A stretch of DNA of 64,000 nt from an uncultured Alphaproteobacteria bacterium. Lineage in GTDB: Bacteria; Pseudomonadota; Alphaproteobacteria; CBDUZE01. Positions 48,721 to 57,085 of the stretch are shown here, one piece after another. The notes beneath the pieces are model-generated. The model did not search any database and was not told the origin of the DNA. It saw nothing but the letters and a program-made list of their open reading frames with translations. The translations under genes were made by a program, and so were the position numbers. Each line of letters begins with the position of its first letter. Position 1 is the first letter of the stretch. The stretch covers positions 177,668-241,667 of the forward strand of contig CBDUZE010000002.1 in NCBI GenBank assembly GCA_965371625.1, read 5' to 3'.

Positions 48721-49090
48721 GTGAAATCCGGCCACTACGAAGTGAGCGTCCTTGAAAGAATCCTGGCCAGATTGAACACGTTGCGCCTCCCGTAGCATCG
48801 TCAGTGTGTCGGTGGGCGAATCTACGCTCCCGGTATCCTAGGCCAACGAAAATCCGCCCAGGAAAACGAGGTATGCACCTGCCAGAAATACCGAACTAGC
48901 CAGTCGAACGAGCCTCTAGAACGGTTCCAGGTCAATTGGAGCCGCTCTCAGGCCGCGCCGGCGCGGACCCTTGGATCCGCTGCCGTGAGCGAAAAGAATC
49001 TGGAGCGATTCCAGGCGACCTGGAATTGCTCTGGAATACTCGGGTCATTTCTTGAATTCTCTGGCCGATGCATGTGGGAAATGCAGCTAT

Positions 49091-50101
49091 CTACTCGCAT
49101 TCCCTGATCGACAACCCCTCCGGCAGCACCGTATCGCGATCACCGCAGGCTGTGTCGAGCTGATCCTGGACCAACCCCCTTGCCAGCTTGAGGTTGGCGC
49201 CGCGCAGGTCGGCATTTCCAAGCACCGTAGCGGTGAGAATAGACCTTGCGAGGTTCGCGTCCTTCAAGACAGCGTTCCTCAAGTCGGCTCCTTCAAGGTT
49301 TGCTCTTCCCAGATTGGACTTCGTCAGATTGGCGTCACGTAACACGGCATGCTGTAGATTCGCTCGTTCCAGGTTTGCTGATTCCAGATTCGACCGGTTC
49401 AAGTGAGCGTTGCTCAGATCAGCTCTTTTCAGCTTGGCGCGGCTCAAGTTAACGTCGGTCATTATTGTTCCTCGCAGGATCGCCCTTTCCAATTCAGCAA
49501 ATTCAAGGATGGCTTTCGCGAGGTTGGCTTCGCTCAAGTCAGCCTCTTTCAGGTCCGCTCCACTCATTTTGCAGCCCGTGAGTATGGCGCCCTTCAGGTT
49601 GGCTTTCTGCAGGTCCACTCGGCTCAAGTTGACTCGCTTGAGGTCCGTGCCACTCAAGTCGGCTTTCTCCAGGTCGGCCCCGCTCAACTTGGCCCCTCGC
49701 ATTTTCGCCCCACGCATGTTGGCCTTTTCCAAAATGGCCCCGCGCAGGTCAGCACCCCCGAGCATGGCCCCTGCGAGGTTCGCCTTCGACAGATCCGCCC
49801 CGTTCAAGTTCGCGGAGCTCAGCATGGCGCGACTGAGGTCCGCTCCATGAAGATCGGCCCACCCCAAGTTGGCCGAATTCAGGATGGCCCGACTCAGATC
49901 GGCACCTTTCAGATTGGCATTCCGGAGATCAGCGCGCGCGAGATCGGCTCCTTTCAGGTCACAACCCGGGCATTCTCTCGACGCCCTTAGCACGTCCATA
50001 CTCTTCTGCTCGAAAGCGTGACCATTGACGAATGGTCCAAGCACAGCCGCTACGGTTATAGACGCAATCGTCAGCGCCTTCAGTCGTAGTTTGCTGGTCA
50101 T
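49091..50101 (-). CDS. Secreted pentapeptide-repeat protein (copy B)
   Basis: 336 aa, a near-identical paralog of 46478..47488 with the same signal peptide and repeat array. Confidence 0.8.
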   Translation of the reverse strand: MTSKLRLKALTIASITVAAVLGPFVNGHAFEQKSMDVLRASRECPGCDLKGADLARADLRNANLKGADLSRAILNSANLGWADLHGADLSRAMLSSANLNGADLSKANLAGAMLGGADLRGAILEKANMRGAKMRGAKLSGADLEKADLSGTDLKRVNLSRVDLQKANLKGAILTGCKMSGADLKEADLSEANLAKAILEFAELERAILRGTIMTDVNLSRAKLKRADLSNAHLNRSNLESANLERANLQHAVLRDANLTKSNLGRANLEGADLRNAVLKDANLARSILTATVLGNADLRGANLKLARGLVQDQLDTACGDRDTVLPEGLSIRECE

Positions 50102-50307
50102 CACAGGCTCCTTCTCAAGTTCTAATCCGCTGAAAAGCCTCTCTTTTGTCACTGATTTGGGTGATACGTTTCCTTATCAAACCCTCCATTCGTATCCGGA
50201 ACTCGTGCCAATTGCTGTGCTCGTGCCATCTCCGCCGGGCGAGTGCACCGCTGAGAGCGGAGAGCATACTGTGGCCGAGTTGCGCCGCGCGGCATCACTG
50301 CTCGGCG
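49091..50307. repeat. Segmental duplication copy B
   Basis: See copy A. Confidence 0.85.
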
Positions 50308-50374
50308 CTTCCCTGTCCGGGCAGCCCCGCGGCCTCGCTTGAGCGGTGCGCGTCCCTCTCGAAAAGGGCTCGCG

Positions 50375-50587
50375 CTAGTCCATCCCGCCGCCGCGGACCC
50401 GCACGCGCCGTCCCGCCAGCTCCGCGATCACGGTGACCACGGCGATGGCCAGAAATATCAGGGCGCCCAGACCCCAGACCCGGATGCTGGGCGGCATGTA
50501 GATCATCGGGATGGTGGCGTAGAGCGTCGCCAGGACGCCCCATACCGCGAAGATGCTGCCGATGAGCAATGCGTCGAAGCTCTTCAT
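50375..50587 (-). CDS. Small 2-TM membrane protein, last gene of the oxidase operon
   Basis: RBS 'aaaggaga' then ATG 'MKSFDALLIGSIFAVWGVLATLYATIPMIYMPPSIRVWGLGALIFLAIAVVTVIAEL'. 23 bp after the subunit I stop. Confidence 0.45.
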   Translation of the reverse strand: MKSFDALLIGSIFAVWGVLATLYATIPMIYMPPSIRVWGLGALIFLAIAVVTVIAELAGRRVRVRGGGMD

Positions 50588-50610
50588 GACCTTTTCTCCT
50601 TTACTGTGGT

Positions 50611-52296
50611 TCAGTGGCCGCCAGCGGCGCTGCCGCCCACGACGATGGGAACGCTTTCCAGAATCTCGAAGCTCACGGCGGTGAAGGCGTACATGGCGCC
50701 GATCAAGACGAACACGCAAAGCGGTCCGACCCAGGCGCCGTGCCGACCGATGGCCGCACCGCCCCAGGAGACGCTCGATAGATCCTCGATGCCTTGGCCC
50801 GCGCGGCCGACCTCTCCGACCAGACTCCGCACGAGGGCGTAGACGTACACCGCCAGCGCGACCGTCATGAACGTGGCGCCGATACCGACGACACCCATCG
50901 CCGTCCCCCAGACGAAGGGAGCATCGCCTTCATAGCTGAGGTCGAAGAGACGCCGCGGGACGCCCTTGTATCCGGCCACGAGACCGGCGCTGCCGAACAG
51001 CAGCAGCCCCAAGGTGGTGACGTAGGGCATCCTGGCGAGAAGCGATGGGCGCCAGATTCGGCCCCCCGCCAGCGCCGGGATCACGTAGATCAGGGCGGCA
51101 ATGAAGGTGAGCGTGACCGTGCCCAACGTCAGGAAGTGGAAGTAGCCCGGTACGAAGAAGGTATCGCTCAACAACAGCGCCAGCTTCTCCTGAATGAGCA
51201 CGAAGGAGAACACGCCGCCCAGGGCGAGATTGATCACCGCCATCCCGATCGCCGCCATCGCCGGATTGCTCCAGGGGAGCATACCCACCCACCCGAACAG
51301 ACCGCGGGCACCTTGGGCCCTGGCGTGCGATTCGAGCGAGGCGACGATGATCAAAAACACCAAAATCGTCGGCACGGCGATGAACAAGGAGAGCAGTGAC
51401 CCGGACATCCGCACGGCGTCGGCCAACCCGGGCTCGAGGAACATGTGGTAGAGCGAGGTGGGCGGCACGAAGATCAGGTACATGGCGAAAACGAATTTCG
51501 AGACGCGCGCTCCGAAAATCGATTTGACCCCGGTGATGACCTCGACCAGCACGTACCAGATCACAACCGTGGCCATGAGCGGCAGGTAGTGCATGTTGTG
51601 GAACAAGACGTGCCAGCTCATGGTGTAGCCGGAGACCTCGGGCCCGAGCCCGAACGCCCACAGCATGGCGGGCAGAAAGGCGTTGACGCCGGCGACGGCA
51701 CTGACCATGAGCAACCCGGCCCAGGCCACGGAGGCGAAGGCAATCGAGGACCAGGTGTCGATCTTGCCCGCGAGCTTGGGGCGCAGCGCCGTCATCAGGC
51801 TCGAGGCGGCGACCACGAAGAGACCGGCACTGAGCAGGATGTAGCCGAGATAGAAGTAGCCCGCCTCGGTCATCTCGAACTCGACCAGCTCCGGATTGCC
51901 GTCGTAGAGCAGGATCGCTCCCAGGTTGGGCGCGATCTCGCTCAACACGAACCCCGCGGTCATCAGGATCAGGCCCAGCCACGCCAGCGGTCGCCAGGCG
52001 ATGCCTTCGCTGCCATCGGTGTAGACGCTGGCCAGGATGAGCACGAAAGCCGCCTGCATGAAGTAGAGCCAGTAAAAGAAAATGGTGGTTCCATGCAGGC
52101 TCAGCATTGTGTACGCCGTCTCCGGCCCGAGCTCGACAAAGCCAGCGCGGTCGAAGGCCGAAAACGCGCCGTAGACGAGTCCCAAAGCCAGGGCGACGAT
52201 GGCCAGGGCGGTGAAACTCAACAGCAGCCTCTTGTCTCCCTGGGGAAGGGCCTTCAGGCCCTCGACCAGTGGATTCTTGATCGCTTTCTCAGTCAT
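50611..52296 (-). CDS. Heme-copper oxidase superfamily subunit I-like protein (divergent)
   Basis: 561 aa, at least 12 TM. His residues are spaced like HCO helices II/VI/VII/X ('LSLHGTT', 'WHVLFHNMHY', 'YHMF', 'YFHF'). Canonical HH and HxH appear as YH and YxH. RBS 'ggagcag'. Confidence 0.7.
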   Translation of the reverse strand: MTEKAIKNPLVEGLKALPQGDKRLLLSFTALAIVALALGLVYGAFSAFDRAGFVELGPETAYTMLSLHGTTIFFYWLYFMQAAFVLILASVYTDGSEGIAWRPLAWLGLILMTAGFVLSEIAPNLGAILLYDGNPELVEFEMTEAGYFYLGYILLSAGLFVVAASSLMTALRPKLAGKIDTWSSIAFASVAWAGLLMVSAVAGVNAFLPAMLWAFGLGPEVSGYTMSWHVLFHNMHYLPLMATVVIWYVLVEVITGVKSIFGARVSKFVFAMYLIFVPPTSLYHMFLEPGLADAVRMSGSLLSLFIAVPTILVFLIIVASLESHARAQGARGLFGWVGMLPWSNPAMAAIGMAVINLALGGVFSFVLIQEKLALLLSDTFFVPGYFHFLTLGTVTLTFIAALIYVIPALAGGRIWRPSLLARMPYVTTLGLLLFGSAGLVAGYKGVPRRLFDLSYEGDAPFVWGTAMGVVGIGATFMTVALAVYVYALVRSLVGEVGRAGQGIEDLSSVSWGGAAIGRHGAWVGPLCVFVLIGAMYAFTAVSFEILESVPIVVGGSAAGGH

Positions 52297-52317
52297 CGTT
52301 CTGCTCCTGCCCTGCCG

Positions 52318-53319
52318 TCACTCGACGATGATCTTGCCCTTCATCATGTCGTGACCGAGGCCGCAGTAGACGGTGCAGTAGACCAGGTACTCGCCGGGCT
52401 CGGTGAAGGTCATGGTCATCTCGGCCATGGTCCGCGCCGGACGACGCATGATGTGCCCGGCAAATCCGACGTTGACGGAGGCGCCGTGGATGGCGTCCAT
52501 CGACATGATGCGGAAGCGGTAGGGAAGGTCCGCCTCGAGCCGAAGCACCTCGGGCTCGTAGGCGTAGCGCATCGCCATCATATAGATGTCGATCGGCCCG
52601 GTGTCGTCTTGGCCCGGTGAGGTGCTGCCGTGCTCCGCTTCGGCTTCGTCGTGCCCCGCTTCGGCCGCGCCATGCTCCGCTTCGGCTTCGTCATGAGCCG
52701 GTGGGACTACGACGGGCTCCGACTCGGCCGCCTGGTGGCGGTCGCCCGTGGTCCCCATCGAGAGCTCCGCGACCCCCGCGATCGCCTGTTGCTGAACCTC
52801 GGTGAACGCCTGGGCCGAGATCTCGCCCACCGTGTAAGCACGGTAGGCCGCGGTCAGCTCCAATAGCCCGATCGGCGTGTGGACACGGCCCATTTGGTGC
52901 TCGTCGGCCATTGCCTCGTCACCGTGACGGGCAGGGGCAAGCGCCGTTTGGTCGTCGTCGCCATGACCGACGTCACCGGGCATGGCGTTTCGCCCGGACT
53001 CGGACTCCATATGACGCCTGGGTTTGACGCTGCCGTCAGGCAGACTGAACTTTTCGACGAACGCTTCGGTGCGGAGGCGGAAATCGGCCGGCGTCATTCC
53101 GCCGGCAGCGCCGCCGTGACCGCCGTGAACCGCTTTGCTTGCGCCGACCGCCTGTGCTTCGGACAGGAATCTGAAGCTGGTCGGCGCGGCATCATAGGCC
53201 GCCCATACGAAGTAGAGGCTGATGACGGCGAACCCGACCGTGGCAACGAAACCCCACCTCGTGGTGAAATGCCTTCTCGGGCTCTCGCCCGCGAGGCCTT
53301 CGTTCTCTTGCTCTGACAT
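52318..53319 (-). CDS. Heme-copper oxidase subunit II-like protein with CuA cupredoxin domain
   Basis: ATG 'MSEQENEGLAG' after RBS 'ggaggg'. One N-terminal TM. His/Glu-rich duplicated linker 'GHDEAEAEHGAAEAGHDEAEAEHG'. The C-terminal 'AGH...YCTVYCGLGHDMM' gives H..CxxxCxxxHxxM, a complete CuA ligand set. Confidence 0.7.
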   Translation of the reverse strand: MSEQENEGLAGESPRRHFTTRWGFVATVGFAVISLYFVWAAYDAAPTSFRFLSEAQAVGASKAVHGGHGGAAGGMTPADFRLRTEAFVEKFSLPDGSVKPRRHMESESGRNAMPGDVGHGDDDQTALAPARHGDEAMADEHQMGRVHTPIGLLELTAAYRAYTVGEISAQAFTEVQQQAIAGVAELSMGTTGDRHQAAESEPVVVPPAHDEAEAEHGAAEAGHDEAEAEHGSTSPGQDDTGPIDIYMMAMRYAYEPEVLRLEADLPYRFRIMSMDAIHGASVNVGFAGHIMRRPARTMAEMTMTFTEPGEYLVYCTVYCGLGHDMMKGKIIVE

Positions 53320-53486
53320 GACCCAGTCCCTCCGTGAAAGACATTGCTGCCACGCTAGCCCTGGCACCGCGACGGACCCCGCTCGCGGGGAGTGGGTGCC
53401 GCCCTGAACCGTGCTGGAGGCTGGGATCGCTTAGCTGCGGTGGCGCGACAAAACGCGGCGCCACGCGTCAACGACGACAGCCGGGG

Positions 53487-53834
53487 CTAGCACTGAGAGG
53501 GATGGTGGGGAGGGCCGCGGGCCCATCGAACGATCTGGGGCCTTGCGACCAAGACGCCGTCGCTGTCGGGCTCGCCGAGCGCCGGGACGACGCCGTCATG
53601 GGCCGTGGCGGTAGCGAGGGTCGCCAGGGCCAGCCCGCACGGCATAACGCAGGGACAGATCTGCGGGCAGTTAGTGCAAAATGCCTCTTGCGAACCGTGG
53701 TGCGAGGTTTCCCGAGCTGCGGCCGCCGCGCCCTCGTGGGGCGCGGACGGCATCGCGGCATGCACGAGTGGACCGCTGGCGACAGTAATCACCAGCAGGA
53801 TCAGCAATAGGCGCTTGAGAAGCGGCGATATCAT
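53487..53834 (-). CDS. Secreted Cys/His-rich small protein
   Basis: ATG 'MISPLLKRLLLILLVITVASGPLVHA'. 'SHHGSQEAFCTNCPQICPCVMPC' metal-binding-like cluster. Sits between the FNR box and the oxidase genes. Confidence 0.35.
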   Translation of the reverse strand: MISPLLKRLLLILLVITVASGPLVHAAMPSAPHEGAAAAARETSHHGSQEAFCTNCPQICPCVMPCGLALATLATATAHDGVVPALGEPDSDGVLVARPQIVRWARGPPHHPSQC

Positions 53835-53964
53835 CTGCAACGTGCCGGGGTCGCCGCCCGGTTCTTGCGTCAGCCGTGGGTACCGGACGGCTCGACCAGC
53901 GCAACAATAGAACCATGATCAAGACCCGAGAATGTGACACGGTGTCCTGCGACAATTTGTCTCA

Positions 53965-53978
53965 ATGATCTCGATCAA
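53965..53978. promoter_or_regulatory. FixK/FNR-type box (aTGAT-ctcg-ATCAA) upstream of the oxidase operon
   Basis: 9/10 match to TTGAT-N4-ATCAA. Located in a locally AT-rich segment ~130 bp upstream of the Cys-rich gene start. Confidence 0.45.
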
Positions 53979-54110
53979 TGGTTGCGGGAAACGCGCGACG
54001 CGCTGCGCTCCCGCCGCAGGTGATTTGGACGTCAGACGACCGCGCGAACGGCTATCGCCGCCGATCCGCCCGCGGTGCCGGGCCGAGGTTCGCGCCGGTC
54101 TTGGGCGGGC

Positions 54111-55229
54111 TCACCCGGCGGCGGCCCGCTTCTGCCGCGCGGCGGCGCGTTCGCTGGCGAGCAATGCCTCCTTGCGCTCGAGGCCCCAGCGATAACCGCC
54201 GAGACCGCCGTCCTCGCGCAGCGCGCGGTGGCAGGGCACGATGAGCGAGACCGGGTTGGTGGCGCAGGCCCGGCCCACGGCGCGCTGGGCCTTGGGTTTG
54301 CCGAGGCGGGCGGCGATCTCGCCGTAGCTCCGGGTCTCGCCCAGGGGGATGCGCTTGAGCTCCTCCCAGACCCGCCACTGGAAGGCGGTGGCGCGCACGT
54401 CGAGCGGGAGGTCGAGGCGCGGCTCGGCGCCCGCCAGGTAGCCGACCAGCGCCGCGCTCCAGCGCCCCAGGCCACGGTCGTCGCGGCGGATCTCGGCGGC
54501 CGGGTATTCCTGGGCGAGCTCGCCCTCGAGCTCGGCATCGTCGTCGCCGAGATAGACCGCGCAGACGCCGCGCTCGGTGGCGCCGACCAAGAGCCGGCCG
54601 AGCGAGGAGGCGACGACGCTGTAGCGGATGCGGGCGCCGCGTCCGCCCTTGGCGTAGGTCGCCGGGGTCATGCCGAGCTGCGTCGGCGCGCGCTCGTAAA
54701 GCCGGCTCGAGGAGCCGTAGCCGGCCTCGTAGAGCGCCCCCGTCACCGGCTCGCCGCGGCGCAGACCGGCCTTGAGCCGGCCCAAACGGCGGGCGTCGGC
54801 GTACTGGCGCGGGGTGATGCCCATGACGCGCTTGAAGGTGCGCTGCAGATGGTAGGGGCTGAGGCCGGCGTGGCTCGAGAGCTCGGCCAGCGTCGGCGGC
54901 CCGCCGTCGCCATTGCCGGCACCCTGGCCAGCGCCCTGGCCATCGATGTACCGGCACACCCGGCGCACCATGTCGAGGTGGGGATCGCCGGCCTCGGCGT
55001 CGCCGGGGCGGCAGCGGCGGCAGGCGCGGTAGCCGGCCTGCTCGGCGGCCTCGGGCACGGCGAAGAAGTGGACGTTCTCGCGCCGCGGCCGGCGGCTCGG
55101 GCACGACGGCCGGCAGTAGATGCCGGTCGAGCTTACGGCGTAAACGAAGCTGCCGTCGAAACCGGCATCGCGGCTCTCGACGGCGTGCCAGTGCTCATTC
55201 ACGGTCATGGTCGTTGTCTCCGGTGGCAT
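54111..55229 (-). CDS. ada: Bifunctional Ada: N-terminal Zn methylphosphotriester domain/AraC-type HTH plus O6-methylguanine-DNA methyltransferase
   Basis: 'YCRPSCPSRRPRR...CRRCRP' Ada N-terminal Cys4 domain. HTH 'LAELSSHAGLSPYHLQRTFK'. C-terminal 'LIVPCHRAL' Ogt active site. The start is possibly at 55208 ('MTVNEHWH'). Confidence 0.85.
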   Translation of the reverse strand: MPPETTTMTVNEHWHAVESRDAGFDGSFVYAVSSTGIYCRPSCPSRRPRRENVHFFAVPEAAEQAGYRACRRCRPGDAEAGDPHLDMVRRVCRYIDGQGAGQGAGNGDGGPPTLAELSSHAGLSPYHLQRTFKRVMGITPRQYADARRLGRLKAGLRRGEPVTGALYEAGYGSSSRLYERAPTQLGMTPATYAKGGRGARIRYSVVASSLGRLLVGATERGVCAVYLGDDDAELEGELAQEYPAAEIRRDDRGLGRWSAALVGYLAGAEPRLDLPLDVRATAFQWRVWEELKRIPLGETRSYGEIAARLGKPKAQRAVGRACATNPVSLIVPCHRALREDGGLGGYRWGLERKEALLASERAAARQKRAAAG

Positions 55230-55271
55230 GATCTCGATCCCCGGTGTTAGAGCACGGGCGCGGGCGCCATT

Positions 55272-56384
55272 CTATCCGAAGCTTGCGCCCGAATCCTCCC
55301 CGGGCGCCGCGCCCCGGGCGTGGCGGATCACCTTCTTCATCAGGGTCGGCAGCGCCAGCGCCTCCAAACGCCCTAAGGGATGCCAGCGGGCGCCGTCGGG
55401 GGGCGCGGCCTCAGCCTCCGCCGCCCACCCCGTCATCACCATGAGCTCGAGGTGAAAGTGGCTGAAGGTGTGGCCCACCGAGCCCTCGACGAGGCGCCAG
55501 TCGGCGGCGAGCGGGGCCAGCGCCCGGGCCTCGGCGGCGTGCCACGCCCGCGCCCGCCACGGCGTCGAGGGCACCTCGGTCATGCCGCCCAACAAGCCGC
55601 GCTCGGGGCGCCGCCGCACCAACAGCTCGCCCGCTCCCGGAAGCGCGCGTTTGAGCGCCACGAAGGCGACGCCGTGGCGCCTCGGCCGCGCCGCCTTGGG
55701 GGCTCGCCTGGGCAGGCGCTCGGGCCGGCCCCGGGCGCGGGCGACGCAGGCCGCGGCCCAGGGACAGCGACCGCACGCGGGCTTGCGCGGCAGACAGATC
55801 GTGGCGCCGAGCTCCATCACCGCCTGGGCGTAGTCGCCGGCGCGCTCCGCGGGCGTGAGCCGCGCCGCCAGCTCCTTGAGCCGGGGCTTCGCCGCCGGCA
55901 GCGGCTCGGCGACGCCAAAGAGGCGCGCCATCACCCGCTCGACGTTGCCGTCCACCACCACCGCTCGGCGCTCGAAGGCGATGGCCGCGATGGCGGCCGC
56001 GGTGTAGGGCCCGATACCGGGCAGCGCGCGAAGCTCCGCCTCGTCCTCGGGAAAGCGCCCGCCCAGGCGCTCGCTGAGCTCTCGGGCGCAGCGCACGAGG
56101 TTGCGCGCGCGGGCGTAGTAGCCGAGCCCCTGCCAGGCATGGAGCACCTCCTCGAGCGGCGCCTTGCTGAGCGCGCCGAGGCTGGGCCAGCGGCCGACGA
56201 AGTCGTGGAAGTAGGGAACCACCGTGGCCGCGGTGGTCTGCTGCAACATGACCTCGCTGAGCCACACCCGGTAGGGGTCGGGGCGGGTCCCCGGCGAGGC
56301 CCGCCAGGGCAGCTTTCGGCGCTGGCGGTCGTACCAGGCCAGCAGCTCGGAAGGCCGCGGATCTCGCCTCGCCGTCTTGGACAT
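55272..56384 (-). CDS. mutY: A/G-specific adenine DNA glycosylase
   Basis: 'VMLQQTTAATVVPYFHDFVGRWPSL...WQGLGYYARARNL' HhH-GPD motif. Four-Cys cluster 'CLPRKPACGRCPWAAAC'. C-terminal NUDIX-like domain. Confidence 0.85.
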   Translation of the reverse strand: MSKTARRDPRPSELLAWYDRQRRKLPWRASPGTRPDPYRVWLSEVMLQQTTAATVVPYFHDFVGRWPSLGALSKAPLEEVLHAWQGLGYYARARNLVRCARELSERLGGRFPEDEAELRALPGIGPYTAAAIAAIAFERRAVVVDGNVERVMARLFGVAEPLPAAKPRLKELAARLTPAERAGDYAQAVMELGATICLPRKPACGRCPWAAACVARARGRPERLPRRAPKAARPRRHGVAFVALKRALPGAGELLVRRRPERGLLGGMTEVPSTPWRARAWHAAEARALAPLAADWRLVEGSVGHTFSHFHLELMVMTGWAAEAEAAPPDGARWHPLGRLEALALPTLMKKVIRHARGAAPGEDSGASFG

Positions 56385-56454
56385 TTCCTGTCACCCGAGG
56401 GGACGATTAGCTATATCATGGACGCGCCGCGATCGGACCTTCTGTGGGCGAGGG

Positions 56455-56958
56455 ATGAGCATGCAGACGAGGCCGCAGGCCAGGGGACCAAGGCGCTTGG
56501 CGGCGGCGCTCTCGAAGGCGACCCGCGCCACCTTCCGCCGCCGCGGCTTCGCCCACGCCGGGGTCTTGAGCCGCTGGCCGGAGATCGTCGGCGACGAGCT
56601 CGCCACCATGAGCTGCCCGGAGAAGCTCAGCTTCCCGCCCGGGCGCGGCGACGGCGGGACCCTGCAGGTGCGCGTGGCGGGCGGCTTCGCCACCGAGCTC
56701 CAACATCTCGAGCCGCTGGTGATCGAGCGCATCAACACCTTCTTCGGCTACGCGGCGGTCGGCCGCCTGGCGCTGAAGCAGGGACCGTTGCCGGCGCGGC
56801 GCCAGGTACGCAGGCCCGGGCGGGCGCTGGGCCGGGCCGAGGAAGAGGCGCTCGGCGCGCGCGTCGCCGGCACCGCGGATCAGGGCCTCAAGTCGGCGCT
56901 GCTCGATCTCGGCCGCCGCATCGCCGCCCGCCTGCCCGCCGCGGAGCGGAGGGGATGA
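56455..56958 (+). CDS. DUF721-family protein
   Basis: ATG 'MSMQTRPQARGPRRLAAALSKATRATFRRRGFAHAGVLSRWPEIVGDELATMSCPEKL'. Conserved mutY-DUF721-dsbA-smc neighbourhood in Alphaproteobacteria. The track ORF begins with a TTG at 56377. Confidence 0.55.
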   Translation: MSMQTRPQARGPRRLAAALSKATRATFRRRGFAHAGVLSRWPEIVGDELATMSCPEKLSFPPGRGDGGTLQVRVAGGFATELQHLEPLVIERINTFFGYAAVGRLALKQGPLPARRQVRRPGRALGRAEEEALGARVAGTADQGLKSALLDLGRRIAARLPAAERRG

Positions 56959-57032
56959 GCGCTGGCGCCGGCGGCCGGGCTCGGGGGAGGGCCGTGACAG
57001 GGGCCGAGATTGGGGCCGGCGCGGCGGCGTCC

Positions 57033-57061
57033 TTGAGCCCCGCCGATCGACAGCCTATACT
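57033..57061 (+). promoter_or_regulatory. Putative sigma70-type promoter (TTGAGC-17-TATACT) for the dsbA-smc transcription unit
   Basis: Exact 17-bp spacer. Followed by RBS 'aggagg' 57075-57080 and GTG at 57086. Confidence 0.4.
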
Positions 57062-57085
57062 AGATCTTGTGGTTAGGAGGATACG

